From NCBI GenBank assembly GCA_041665465.1, contig JBAYIU010000001.1:1081733-1145732 (forward strand): 64,000 nucleotides of DNA. Reading direction: 5' to 3'. Below the pieces are notes generated by a model. It was given only the letters and a program-made list of their open reading frames with translations. It was not told the origin of the DNA and did no database searches. The stretch is from Candidatus Woesearchaeota archaeon. GTDB taxonomy: Archaea > Nanobdellota > Nanobdellia > Woesearchaeales > GW2011-AR9. The translations under genes and the position numbers were made by a program. Below are positions 37,713-46,687 of the stretch, in pieces (position 1 is the stretch's first letter; each line of letters starts with the position of its first letter).

Positions 37713-37816
37713 CGCCGACACCCGGAATTTCACAGCAATTACTTGCTATTTGAACCGGGAATCCCAGAGGGATCAGTTTTCAAGACTGACGCAATACCGG
37801 GTTATGCGATGTCGGC
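37713..37816 (-). tRNA. tRNA-Ser (anticodon UGA) with a probable approximately 22-nt non-canonical intron in the T-arm
   Basis: Reverse strand reads GCCGACA-TC-GCA-TAACCCGGTAT-TGC-G-TCAGT-CTTGAAA-ACTGA-TCCCTCTGGGATT-CCCGG-TTCAAAT-[AGCAAGTAATTGCTGTGAAATT]-CCGGG-TGTCGGC-G. It has a 7-bp acceptor, a 3-bp D-stem (class II), anticodon loop CTTGAAA, a long variable arm, a canonical TTCAAAT T-loop and discriminator G. It is the only GC-rich segment in an AT-rich intergenic region. Confidence 0.55.
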
Positions 37817-37913
37817 TTCAAACTTTGGGTATTTTGATATTTTATAAAGCTTTAGGTGACTTATCCAGTGCAGCACCAAAAACTATTTAAAACACCGAAA
37901 CCACGAGCTTATT

Positions 37914-38390
37914 ATGGGATTTTTAAGCAGATTATTTGGAAAAGCAGAACCGGTTGAAGAATCGGTAATCCAGGCAGAACTTAAAGAAAATAAGGATATG
38001 CTTTGGGAGAGAGTTAGCGATGTTCTTTCTTACGTAGATAATGACCTGAGACCAGAACTAGTGCGAGCACAACAAAAGAAGTGGGCACGTGCGACCATCT
38101 CAGATTTCCGTAACTTTTATACTAAGATTCGGGACGGAAGAATGCGCTTAGAAAAAGATATGACTAGAATTGAAGCTGTACCTTTACAGAACCCCTCTTT
38201 CCAAGAATATTCTCATAGCATTTCTGCTTCGGTAAAGAAGATGTCTGAAGAACTGAAGATAGTAGAGAACCAATTAAGCGGAGAAAAGAATATCACCGAA
38301 GTAACTGATCATATTACTGAAGGGATCAATGCTTTCGACGAACTTAAGAATTACTGGGCTACTCGAGTAAGAAAACAGTTTTTAGATTAA
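37914..38390 (+). CDS. Hypothetical protein
   Basis: 158-aa helical ORF. Confidence 0.4.
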   Translation: MGFLSRLFGKAEPVEESVIQAELKENKDMLWERVSDVLSYVDNDLRPELVRAQQKKWARATISDFRNFYTKIRDGRMRLEKDMTRIEAVPLQNPSFQEYSHSISASVKKMSEELKIVENQLSGEKNITEVTDHITEGINAFDELKNYWATRVRKQFLD

Positions 38391-38459
38391 ATTTATTTTT
38401 TATTATCTTTCTTATTTCTTTAGATGATAAAGTATATAAATGTATAAATTAACCCCTTC

Positions 38460-39446
38460 TTGAAAGAGGAAATGGAAAAGAAAACAATTAACCCCGAAAT
38501 AGGTGCTTATATTCGTGACAATCTTCGTTTGGGAAGAAGATATTCTCACATTACCCAGAAATTGATGGAAGCAGGCTGGTTAAAGGAAGAGATTAATCAA
38601 GCTTATCACGAAGTTCTTGGGGGTAATAGTGTTCAACAACCAAAAGTTAGGAATACTTATTCTTCAAACCGACAACCCCCTAATATTCAAAGAAATAAGG
38701 TTTTAGTTATTGTTGGAGTAAGTATTCTTCTGGTTATAGGAGTATTACTTTTACTTAATGGAACTATTGGTAACGCTATCTATTTTGATAAATTAATTGG
38801 GGGAAGTAAGAATGCTACTTCTGGTGAAGTTACCTATACTGTACAATGTACTCCTCCCCATATCTTGAATCCGGAACAAAATGGGTGTTGTCTTGATGAA
38901 AACCAAAATGGGAAATGCGATCAAGAAGATAAAGAGGCAGTGGTTAATCAAACTGATCTTACTCGTCCTTGTTTAGATCATCGTCAGTGTGGACAACTTA
39001 AATGTATTAACGGAAAATGTTCTGATTTAACTGGTTTGTATCAACGACCACTATCTTCTTGTACTAAAGTGTGCAATTTTTATAATGTTGATGTGCTTAC
39101 AAGTGATAATGAACTTTATTCCGTTAAACCGGGTGAAGGAAGTTATACCGGAGCAGGAGCCCTAGATTGGACTATTCTTTCTGCTCCTGATCATTGTGTG
39201 GAAGAGCCAGCCATAATTCCGATAGAGATTTCACGCAGAAAAACAGGTATGACTTTGAACACAGAAATAATTACTTTGGGTTTAGTTCAAACCAGCAAAG
39301 CTATGACTCATCCTTATGTGCCTCAACTATCTTTTACTCTAACTGTGAGGGATATATATGAATTATGTGCACCAAGTCAAGGAGAGTTACAATTCTTATT
39401 ACAGAAGCAGAAAGCATTAGAAACAGCATTGAAAGCTAAGAAATAA
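38460..39446 (+). CDS. Single-pass membrane protein with a Cys-rich extracytoplasmic domain
   Basis: TM helix (VLVIVGVSILLVIGVLLLL) followed by repeated C-x-C patterns (CCLDENQNGKCDQ, CINGKCSD). Confidence 0.45.
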   Translation: MKEEMEKKTINPEIGAYIRDNLRLGRRYSHITQKLMEAGWLKEEINQAYHEVLGGNSVQQPKVRNTYSSNRQPPNIQRNKVLVIVGVSILLVIGVLLLLNGTIGNAIYFDKLIGGSKNATSGEVTYTVQCTPPHILNPEQNGCCLDENQNGKCDQEDKEAVVNQTDLTRPCLDHRQCGQLKCINGKCSDLTGLYQRPLSSCTKVCNFYNVDVLTSDNELYSVKPGEGSYTGAGALDWTILSAPDHCVEEPAIIPIEISRRKTGMTLNTEIITLGLVQTSKAMTHPYVPQLSFTLTVRDIYELCAPSQGELQFLLQKQKALETALKAKK

Positions 39447-39465
39447 AATAAAAAAGTAACAACTT

Positions 39466-41355
39466 CTACCTAATCCTAACTACCTCTAAGTTTCTGGGAG
39501 CAGTAGTCTCAATCTTATACTGCTTATGGATAGAACTTGCTAAATCTAAACATCGGCTAGATTCTCCGTGCAAGACCATAATCTTTCTAGGTTGAGGATT
39601 ACAGCGTTTAACGAAGTTCATCAACTGCTTACGATCAGAATGGTTAGTTATTTCTACTCTATGCACTTGCAGATTAATCTTTAACATTTGGCTCTTACCT
39701 TCATCACGCATCATTAATTCGCTTTCCCCGCTACGGATACGGTAACCTAAACTGCCCGGAGGTTGGTAACAAGAGAACATCAAAGAATGTTTACTTCCTT
39801 CCGCTAAGCCTTTAAGATATTCTACACTGGGACCACCAGCAAGCATACCGGAAGTAGCTAAGATTAAACATGGTCCTTCTTCTAACATAATCTGCTTTCT
39901 TTCTTTTTGTGACCCTACACTTTTAAAAATAGGTGACAAGAAAGGATTATTCTCAGTATGGAATATCTCTTGACGGATGTTACGGTTTAAGAATTCCGGA
40001 TAAGCAGTATGAATTGCGGTAACATCTTTAAGTAACCCATCGAGATATACCGGAGCAGCAGGAATTTTTCCTTCCCGCATTAATCTTTCCACGATAATCA
40101 TTACTTCTTGTGCTCTTCCTGACCCCAATACCGGCATTAAAACTTTTCCACCACGAATGAAAGTTTCTTGGATAACTTTAACCATATACTCATCAGCTTC
40201 TTGTTCGGACATGATATTATCTTTTCCGCCGTAAGTAGATTCCATGATCAAAGTTTCTGCTCGAGGAAACTGAGTATTGGCTGGTTCTAAGACGTTAGTT
40301 CTAGCGTACTTTAAATCACCGGTGTAAATTAGGTTGTGTAATCCATTTCCAATATTCAGATGAGAAATAGCACTACCTAACACGTGTCCGGCATTGTAAA
40401 GTGTTAACCTAATGTCTGGAGTGATATCAGTAACTTCATCGTATTCTAAACAGATAGTATGCAAGACCATTTCGCGAATTTCTTCGGTGTCGTACAATGA
40501 ATCTCGACCTTCACCTTTTTGGATCTTAACCATATCTAACTGTAACAAAGCCATGACATCACGAGTGGGTTCAGTACAATATACTGGTCCTTTATACCCA
40601 TACTTGAATAAATACGGGATTAATCCACAATGATCTAGGTGTGAATGAGAAACTATTACTGCATCTAGTTCGCTAATGTTTAGTTCTGGGGCATCTAGAT
40701 AAGGATAAGCTTCTGGTCCTTCTTCACTAGGATCTATTCCACAATCTAATAACACTCTGGATTCAGGTGTTTGTAACAATAAACAACTTCTTCCTACTTG
40801 TCTTCCAGCTCCTAAGAAAGAAACTCTGACCCATTCGTGTTTCTTTTCTCTTAACCATCCGTCATAAATACGATGTCCAGTCTTGTTTAAGAACTTTTTA
40901 CGATAATCAGCATGTTCGTATAAAACTGCACGTATACTTTCAATAAGTTTTGAACGTAAGGGAGGGATTCTTTTGATTAAAGGAACCCACATGGTTTTGC
41001 TGCGAATCTCTTTAAGATAATCTTTATCTTTGCTGATAATAATCCCTGGCTTATCAGCATGAATGATTACTTGTGATCGAGGGGGATCGAAAATCAATTC
41101 TTGTACTCCTGCTTCTTCAGGTAACATTTTCTTGATCTCTTTTTCTGCTTTTTCTAGTTCTAAGCATAATGAGGGATCTGGACGCAACTCAATTCTTTTC
41201 TTGAACTGTTGGACTGCTGCTTTAATGGTTCCTTCATTATCTAAGAAGTATTTCTTGTCTTTAGTATAAACAACAATGTTTGCTCCTTCGAATGCGCCGT
41301 CAGAAATCTTTCCTTCCGGTAGTGTTTTGATTATTTCTTTTAAAATGTCTGGCAT
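39466..41355 (-). CDS. aCPSF1: KH-domain beta-CASP metallo-beta-lactamase ribonuclease (archaeal termination factor FttA-like)
   Basis: N-terminal KH-like region plus HSHLDHCG (MBL motif 2) and a beta-CASP region. 629 aa. Adjacent to proteasome beta, as conserved in archaea. Confidence 0.85.
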   Translation of the reverse strand: MPDILKEIIKTLPEGKISDGAFEGANIVVYTKDKKYFLDNEGTIKAAVQQFKKRIELRPDPSLCLELEKAEKEIKKMLPEEAGVQELIFDPPRSQVIIHADKPGIIISKDKDYLKEIRSKTMWVPLIKRIPPLRSKLIESIRAVLYEHADYRKKFLNKTGHRIYDGWLREKKHEWVRVSFLGAGRQVGRSCLLLQTPESRVLLDCGIDPSEEGPEAYPYLDAPELNISELDAVIVSHSHLDHCGLIPYLFKYGYKGPVYCTEPTRDVMALLQLDMVKIQKGEGRDSLYDTEEIREMVLHTICLEYDEVTDITPDIRLTLYNAGHVLGSAISHLNIGNGLHNLIYTGDLKYARTNVLEPANTQFPRAETLIMESTYGGKDNIMSEQEADEYMVKVIQETFIRGGKVLMPVLGSGRAQEVMIIVERLMREGKIPAAPVYLDGLLKDVTAIHTAYPEFLNRNIRQEIFHTENNPFLSPIFKSVGSQKERKQIMLEEGPCLILATSGMLAGGPSVEYLKGLAEGSKHSLMFSCYQPPGSLGYRIRSGESELMMRDEGKSQMLKINLQVHRVEITNHSDRKQLMNFVKRCNPQPRKIMVLHGESSRCLDLASSIHKQYKIETTAPRNLEVVRIR

Positions 41356-41448
41356 ATTTTTATAAACCTCTCTATCTAAAACATAAACTTATCTTTATCT
41401 AATCACAGAGATCTTTTTTTCTAAAACGAGTGAAGTGTTAAAAAGAAC

Positions 41449-42081
41449 TTAAAGTAAAGAATATTCTAATTCTTTTTGTAAGACCTTCTTAACTTCTTTC
41501 TCTGTAACTACAACCACATCTACTCCATTCCCAGAAGCGCTGTCTCGCTGAAGAGCAGTATTAACACATCTTACCGCTAACTTGACTCCTTCTGCTGCAG
41601 TCATATCTAACTTATACTGGGTTTCTAGTACACCTAAAGCGAAAACTGATCCTGATCCAGAAGAGACATAATCTCTAATTTTAGTTACGCTTCCGTCAGG
41701 GAATAAATCATAAAGGTATAATCCGCTATTATCTTTTCCACCTAATAAGAAATGAGCTATTCCTGGTAACATACTCATTTGACGAATGTTGGTGTAAAGT
41801 AATCCACCTAATAAGTTAGCCGCCTCTTTTACAGTAGGTTTCTTACTAGTACGAACTTCTTTTAGCTTTAATTCCGCTTTGATTAACTTGATTACGAGTT
41901 GGGCATCAGAAACATTTCCAGCGATGGTTACAGCCATTTCGTCAGAAATAATGTGCACTTTATCGGCTCTCTTGTCAACAATCATATTGCCGGCAGTGGC
42001 TCTTTTATCTGCTGCGAGGACAATTCCATCTTTGCAGACTAAACCTACAGTAGTAGTACCCGTTTTTAATTGTTCTTCCAT
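41449..42081 (-). CDS. psmB: Proteasome subunit beta
   Basis: TTTVGLVCKDGIVLAADKR, the Ntn-hydrolase mature N-terminus. Confidence 0.9.
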   Translation of the reverse strand: MEEQLKTGTTTVGLVCKDGIVLAADKRATAGNMIVDKRADKVHIISDEMAVTIAGNVSDAQLVIKLIKAELKLKEVRTSKKPTVKEAANLLGGLLYTNIRQMSMLPGIAHFLLGGKDNSGLYLYDLFPDGSVTKIRDYVSSGSGSVFALGVLETQYKLDMTAAEGVKLAVRCVNTALQRDSASGNGVDVVVVTEKEVKKVLQKELEYSLL

Positions 42082-42238
42082 ATTTTAAGCCCCACTAGAA
42101 TGATTTCACATCCATCCTTCTTTATTTTACCTCTAAAATGGTACAGATTTTTAAATGTTTCGCCAAATGAGGATACACAAGCTTTATATTCAAGTTATTG
42201 CTAAGGATTTTTATTAACATTAAAAGAGATGATTAACC

Positions 42239-42502
42239 ATGCTTGAAAAGCTGTTTGGTAAAGACAAATTTGAGAAGGATTCAGAGGTTATTAGTCTGGT
42301 TCAAGGTGTCCCGGATGGTTTTTTCCGTTGTAATTCTTGTAAAAAGGTTTATCCCACTACTAAATTTGGAAGTACAGTGTGGGCCGGTAAAGGAGTCGGA
42401 TATATGTGCAAGAATTGTTTTATGGGAGAGAAAAAACCAGACATTCCAGAAAGATTAAGAGCCAAACCGGGAGAAACACCTAGAAGTGTGAGGAGGTATT
42501 AA
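42239..42502 (+). CDS. Zinc-finger hypothetical protein
   Basis: CNSCKK...CKNC. 87 aa. Confidence 0.4.
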   Translation: MLEKLFGKDKFEKDSEVISLVQGVPDGFFRCNSCKKVYPTTKFGSTVWAGKGVGYMCKNCFMGEKKPDIPERLRAKPGETPRSVRRY

Positions 42503-42503
42503 A

Positions 42504-42734
42504 ATGGGAATATTTTCTGCTTTATTTGGACAGAGTGAGATGACTCCACTACGTAGATTAAATGAACGTGTTGAAAATTATGAGATGAAGATTGCGCATC
42601 TTAGAAGATTGATTAAAACTCATCCCACAAAGAAGGAGTTGTATGAAAGTCAGATTAAAGAATTGCAAGCAGAGATGGCTTATGTTAGGAGAGATAGAAG
42701 CAGAGTTATAGTCAAGAGTGAGAAGAAGAGATAA
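42504..42734 (+). CDS. Hypothetical small helical protein
   Basis: 76 aa, translationally adjacent to the previous ORF. Confidence 0.35.
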   Translation: MGIFSALFGQSEMTPLRRLNERVENYEMKIAHLRRLIKTHPTKKELYESQIKELQAEMAYVRRDRSRVIVKSEKKR

Positions 42735-42797
42735 GTTCACTATTTCTTAGTAATTATTTACACAACTATTATAAATAATTCTCTTTTTTGAATATTT

Positions 42798-43397
42798 ATG
42801 ACTAATCTCTCTTGGAAAGAATTTGAAAATTATCTCTCTCAAAGAGGTTTTGAACTAGCACATGTTCATGATCTTTGGGAGTATGATTTTCCACAAGATA
42901 TTTCTCCTAAAAAGACGGATGAATTTCAATTGTGGTGTAAGAAGGATGAAGGGTTAGTTATTTGTGCAGAAAGTTATGAGGGTCGCATTAATGATGCTCG
43001 CTTACACTTTGAATTAAGATTACCTGTTCCTTATGATCAATTAAATTCGACGCAGTATAAGGTTTATTCTGCTCTTGTTCATGGTAGGAATGGTGGTGGG
43101 CCGATTGGAGAATCGCGTACTCATCTGCTTGTAGCGCCACAATATGATCTTCTTAAGAGTTGGAGTCTGGATCTGGTTTGTGGTAATGTTCGAATGGCGA
43201 AAGGATTCTCTTTCAATGTTCCTTGGGAAGGAAGATTAAAAGATCATACTCTTAATTTGTGCGAAAGATTGTTAAACGATTCTGAAGGACAGTTTGGTGA
43301 TTTCTATCGGGCACATCAGTTCCTTAAATTAGTAGAATTGAGATTAGTTTCTACTCTTCCAGATGATGTTAAGAAGATGATTGGGTACGGAAGATAA
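42798..43397 (+). CDS. Hypothetical protein
   Basis: 199-aa ORF. Confidence 0.4.
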   Translation: MTNLSWKEFENYLSQRGFELAHVHDLWEYDFPQDISPKKTDEFQLWCKKDEGLVICAESYEGRINDARLHFELRLPVPYDQLNSTQYKVYSALVHGRNGGGPIGESRTHLLVAPQYDLLKSWSLDLVCGNVRMAKGFSFNVPWEGRLKDHTLNLCERLLNDSEGQFGDFYRAHQFLKLVELRLVSTLPDDVKKMIGYGR

Positions 43398-43443
43398 TTG
43401 AGAAGAGAAATACTTATAAATCTCTTCTCTTATCAGAATAATA

Positions 43444-43848
43444 ATGGATGACAACCAAAGATTAAAGCGTAATCTTCTAGGACTTAAGATTGTTACTGGC
43501 GCAATGGTTCTATTAGCGCTTGGAGCTGGTGCTGGAGCATTTTATCAAGCAATTCGTGTTGATGAGCAGGATAAACATTTAGATAAGATTTTAGCTTTAG
43601 AAAAGCAGTTTGAACCTTGTGCTAAGGAACATCAAGCGCTGGATGATAAACTTAATACACACGTTTCTGCTTTAACTGAAGCATTTGAAAAAGGATATAC
43701 TTCTGGTTCTGTTTTTAGTTATCATATTGGAAAGGTGGAAGAAGTTGCTCAGGGTTATTCTAAGTGGAGTTCTCAATGTAGAGGACTTCAACAACAAGCC
43801 CTTACCGCATTAGCAGAATATCGAAGAGAATTCCCTGAACAAAAATAA
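43444..43848 (+). CDS. Hypothetical membrane-anchored protein
   Basis: N-terminal TM (IVTGAMVLLALGAGAGAF) plus a coiled coil. Confidence 0.4.
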   Translation: MDDNQRLKRNLLGLKIVTGAMVLLALGAGAGAFYQAIRVDEQDKHLDKILALEKQFEPCAKEHQALDDKLNTHVSALTEAFEKGYTSGSVFSYHIGKVEEVAQGYSKWSSQCRGLQQQALTALAEYRREFPEQK

Positions 43849-43902
43849 TCTATATCTTCTAATAAATAAATCTATATAAACTGGTTTCTAACAACTGAAG
43901 TT

Positions 43903-44178
43903 ATGCCTGAAGACAAATTATATCTAGCCAAAGGAAGTAGATACGTTGAAAGTGATCCGGTCAGAGGGGAATCTGGAGGATGGAACTATAGTGATCGTTA
44001 TTTGGTTGTTGCTTTAAATCCTAATCAAGCGGGAAACGTATTCCTTTCTTACCTTAATAGTCGTGGAAGATCAAGAAGTTGGGAACTAGATCAAATAAAG
44101 GAATTAACTGCTGAGAAAGATGTTCCTCTTGAGAAAAGAATTGCTATTTTGGGCGAAGCTCTTCATGTGGTGAGATAA
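43903..44178 (+). CDS. Hypothetical protein
   Basis: 91-aa ORF. Confidence 0.35.
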   Translation: MPEDKLYLAKGSRYVESDPVRGESGGWNYSDRYLVVALNPNQAGNVFLSYLNSRGRSRSWELDQIKELTAEKDVPLEKRIAILGEALHVVR

Positions 44179-44201
44179 GTTATTAATTAAAGATAAAAAA
44201 C

Positions 44202-44287
44202 AGCCCCTGACGAGAATTGCACTCGCGACCTTCTGATGCCTTTTTAATAATACAAGTCAGACGCAATAGCTACTATGCTACAGGGGC
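44202..44287 (-). ncRNA. tRNA-like structured RNA (candidate intron-containing tRNA with non-canonical D and T loops)
   Basis: GC-rich island in an AT-rich spacer. A 7-bp terminal helix GCCCCTG/CAGGGGC encloses about 85 nt. The reverse strand folds as acceptor–GCA/TGC D-stem–TCTGA...TCAGA anticodon-like stem with an approximately 13-nt insertion–5-nt variable loop–GCGAG/CTCGT T-like stem. The T-loop (TGCAATT) and D-loop are non-canonical. Confidence 0.3.
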
Positions 44288-44322
44288 ATAGATTAAGAAA
44301 ATAAGACCTTAATTTATTAATC

Positions 44323-44937
44323 TTACTCTTTAAGATGCGAAGGCCAAGCATAAGATGTAAAGAAACCTTTAGTTTCTTCATACGGTAGATATCTCTTCAA
44401 CTTAAACCATTGCTTTATGAAATTCTGTAAAATATACACTTCTTGATACAACTCTTTCTTACGTTCTTCATACTCTTGACGATATACTCGGCGATTAAAT
44501 AGGTCTAAGATCTCTTTAAGGAAAGCGTTCTTTTCAAAATCTTTAACATAAGATTTTTCAATTTTGGCATCAACAAACAGTTCTAATTCTCCCTTGTTGA
44601 CTTTCATCTTTATTCCATCTTTGACTACCTCGGTAGTACTTAAACCTAAAGCATGAAAATTAAAATCTAAATAATAGTTAAATGGGCCACTTTCTGCTTT
44701 TTTGAACGGTCTCCATTGGATCCAAATCTCTTTGTTACCGTTACGGTCAATTCTTTCATAATAAAGATTTTCCCAGTGGTCTTCGGCTCCTTCATCTGGA
44801 TCGATCCAACTGTAATGTAATAGCCACTCATGCAACGCTCCATAGAACTCTTTAAAGTCAAACACATCTTTATACTTAACTCTGAACGGTTTGCCTAATA
44901 CTGACTCTGCATCTATCTTTTTTGAGGGCATACTCAA
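44323..44937 (-). CDS. Hypothetical protein
   Basis: 204-aa ORF rich in aromatic residues. Confidence 0.45.
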   Translation of the reverse strand: MSMPSKKIDAESVLGKPFRVKYKDVFDFKEFYGALHEWLLHYSWIDPDEGAEDHWENLYYERIDRNGNKEIWIQWRPFKKAESGPFNYYLDFNFHALGLSTTEVVKDGIKMKVNKGELELFVDAKIEKSYVKDFEKNAFLKEILDLFNRRVYRQEYEERKKELYQEVYILQNFIKQWFKLKRYLPYEETKGFFTSYAWPSHLKE

Positions 44938-45006
44938 ATGTATTGGTTTTAGGTATATAAAGCTTTTTGGAGTTAAGCTTTTATAATTCCTAGTTATTGT
45001 CTAAGT

Positions 45007-45831
45007 ATGGACAGATTACGTTTTGGGACAGCCGGTATTCCTTTATCTACACCTAACAGAAATACTCTTAACGGTTTAGCGCATCTACGTAAGATTAGAT
45101 TAGAAGCAATGGAGTTAGAATTTGTAAGACAAGTAAACATTTCTGAAGAAGCTGCTCCTCTAGTCAAGAAAGCTGCTATAACAAACGATATTGCTTTAAC
45201 TTGTCACGGCCAATATTTCATCAATCTTAATTCTGATCCGGAAACTATTCTGGCTAGCAAGAAAAGAATCTGCAATGCAGCTAAGATTGCTTCTTTGTGC
45301 GGAGCTTATAGCATGACTTTTCATGCTGCTTATTATATGAAAGCGGACCCAGAGCTAGTGTATCAGAAAGTTAAATCTTCCATGAAAGAGATCATCGATG
45401 CTTTACAAAATGAAGGGCATACCTTATGGATTCGTCCTGAAACTACCGGTAAAGGTACGCAATGGGGAGACTTAAAAGAAATTCTTCGTTTATCTCAAGA
45501 GGTGGAACAAGTTATGCCGGCAGTAGACTTTTCACATCTGCATGCCAGAACCGGGGGAAAGAACAATACTCTTCCCGAATTTCGAGCAATGTTAACCGAG
45601 ATCGAGAAAGCGTTAGGTAAAGAAGGACTAGATAATATGCACATCCATGTTTCTGGAATAAATTATTCTGAAAAAGGGGAAAGAAACCATTTGAACTTGG
45701 TGGAATCTGATTTTAATTATATTGACTTGATTAAAGTTTGGAAAGAATTCAAGATTAAAGGCACAGTAATTTCTGAATCTCCCAATATTGAAGGAGATGC
45801 TTTATTGATGAAGAATGAGTGGGAGAAGTGA
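45007..45831 (+). CDS. AP endonuclease family 2 (endonuclease IV-like) TIM-barrel protein
   Basis: Spacing of HGQYFINLNS, MTFHAAYY, IRPETTGKGTQWG, VDFSHLHA and HIHVSG matches the Nfo signature pattern (HxSYLINL, FHPG, ENTAGQG, DTCH, HLNDS). Confidence 0.55.
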   Translation: MDRLRFGTAGIPLSTPNRNTLNGLAHLRKIRLEAMELEFVRQVNISEEAAPLVKKAAITNDIALTCHGQYFINLNSDPETILASKKRICNAAKIASLCGAYSMTFHAAYYMKADPELVYQKVKSSMKEIIDALQNEGHTLWIRPETTGKGTQWGDLKEILRLSQEVEQVMPAVDFSHLHARTGGKNNTLPEFRAMLTEIEKALGKEGLDNMHIHVSGINYSEKGERNHLNLVESDFNYIDLIKVWKEFKIKGTVISESPNIEGDALLMKNEWEK

Positions 45832-45908
45832 CTACTTCTGGAAGCATCACTACTATTTAATACTAACGAGGGGAATCTTTAAATATTAGCCTCTATTTTA
45901 ACCTGTCG

Positions 45909-46295
45909 ATGAAACAAGCTACTATTACTATCGATGATTTTGTGAGAAGGATCTTTCCTGACCCTGGAGAGTCTGCTAGGGATTATCAAACTGCAATTGC
46001 AGAAATTCCTGCTAACTTGAGAGAAAAATGGGGTGGTTCTAAGTATAATACTCTTATTTTTACTTATGAATTGGGAAGGGAGGCGTTAGAAGTTCATATG
46101 GCTGATTATAAAGAAAGAGGGACTTTTGATGAGATTGCTGTATCCACTGCTTATAATGGGATGGGATCTATTGCTATCAGCAGTTTTTATGGCCATAGAG
46201 ATCTGAGTATGTTGATTGTAGCCAAAGATGAAACTGCCGCTTGCCATTGGGAAAAATCACTAACTAAATGTGGATACACTACACAGAGGATTTAG
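45909..46295 (+). CDS. Hypothetical protein, tandem paralog A (128 aa)
   Basis: MKQATITIDDF...LIVAKDETAA..W...L...GYTTQRI. The same length and end motifs as the next gene. Confidence 0.45.
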   Translation: MKQATITIDDFVRRIFPDPGESARDYQTAIAEIPANLREKWGGSKYNTLIFTYELGREALEVHMADYKERGTFDEIAVSTAYNGMGSIAISSFYGHRDLSMLIVAKDETAACHWEKSLTKCGYTTQRI

Positions 46296-46298
46296 AAT

Positions 46299-46685
46299 AT
46301 GAAACGGGCTACAATTACTATTGATAATATTGCCGCAGAGTTATTCCCTAAAGTTGGAGATAAAAAATCCAGAACTTATTCCGCTATTCTTACCGATGTT
46401 TTAGGCATCTTGCAGAGTAAAGGAGACGATCCCGGTTATAGTGTTGTTGTCTTTACCAGTGGTTTTGAAGGAAAGTTTGTGGAAGTTCGTGAGAGTGGTG
46501 TTAGACAAACAGGCGTTTTTACTAGAATTACTGGGACTAGGTTTGAACTTCATGAAGCGGTTCTTAGAAATTTATATGGGAGTAGAGATTTTGCAGATCT
46601 TCTAATCGTAGCTAAAGAATCAACTGGGGCTGATTTTTGGAATGGCTTATTAAATGGATTTGGATATAATACTCGAAGAATTTAA
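46299..46685 (+). CDS. Hypothetical protein, tandem paralog B (128 aa)
   Basis: MKRATITIDNI...LIVAKESTGADFW..LLNGFGYNTRRI. Collinear with paralog A. Confidence 0.45.
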   Translation: MKRATITIDNIAAELFPKVGDKKSRTYSAILTDVLGILQSKGDDPGYSVVVFTSGFEGKFVEVRESGVRQTGVFTRITGTRFELHEAVLRNLYGSRDFADLLIVAKESTGADFWNGLLNGFGYNTRRI

Positions 46686-46687
46686 TC

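Noticed and set aside
37526-37890. Two + strand ORFs (37526-37753, 37666-37890) from the ORF track
   Set aside because: They overlap the ASCH gene end and the tRNA-Ser locus (37713-37816). The GC-rich tRNA sequence explains the open frame.
40412-41269. Short + strand ORFs inside the aCPSF1 locus (40412-40633, 41063-41269)
   Set aside because: Antisense to a strongly supported beta-CASP/KH gene.
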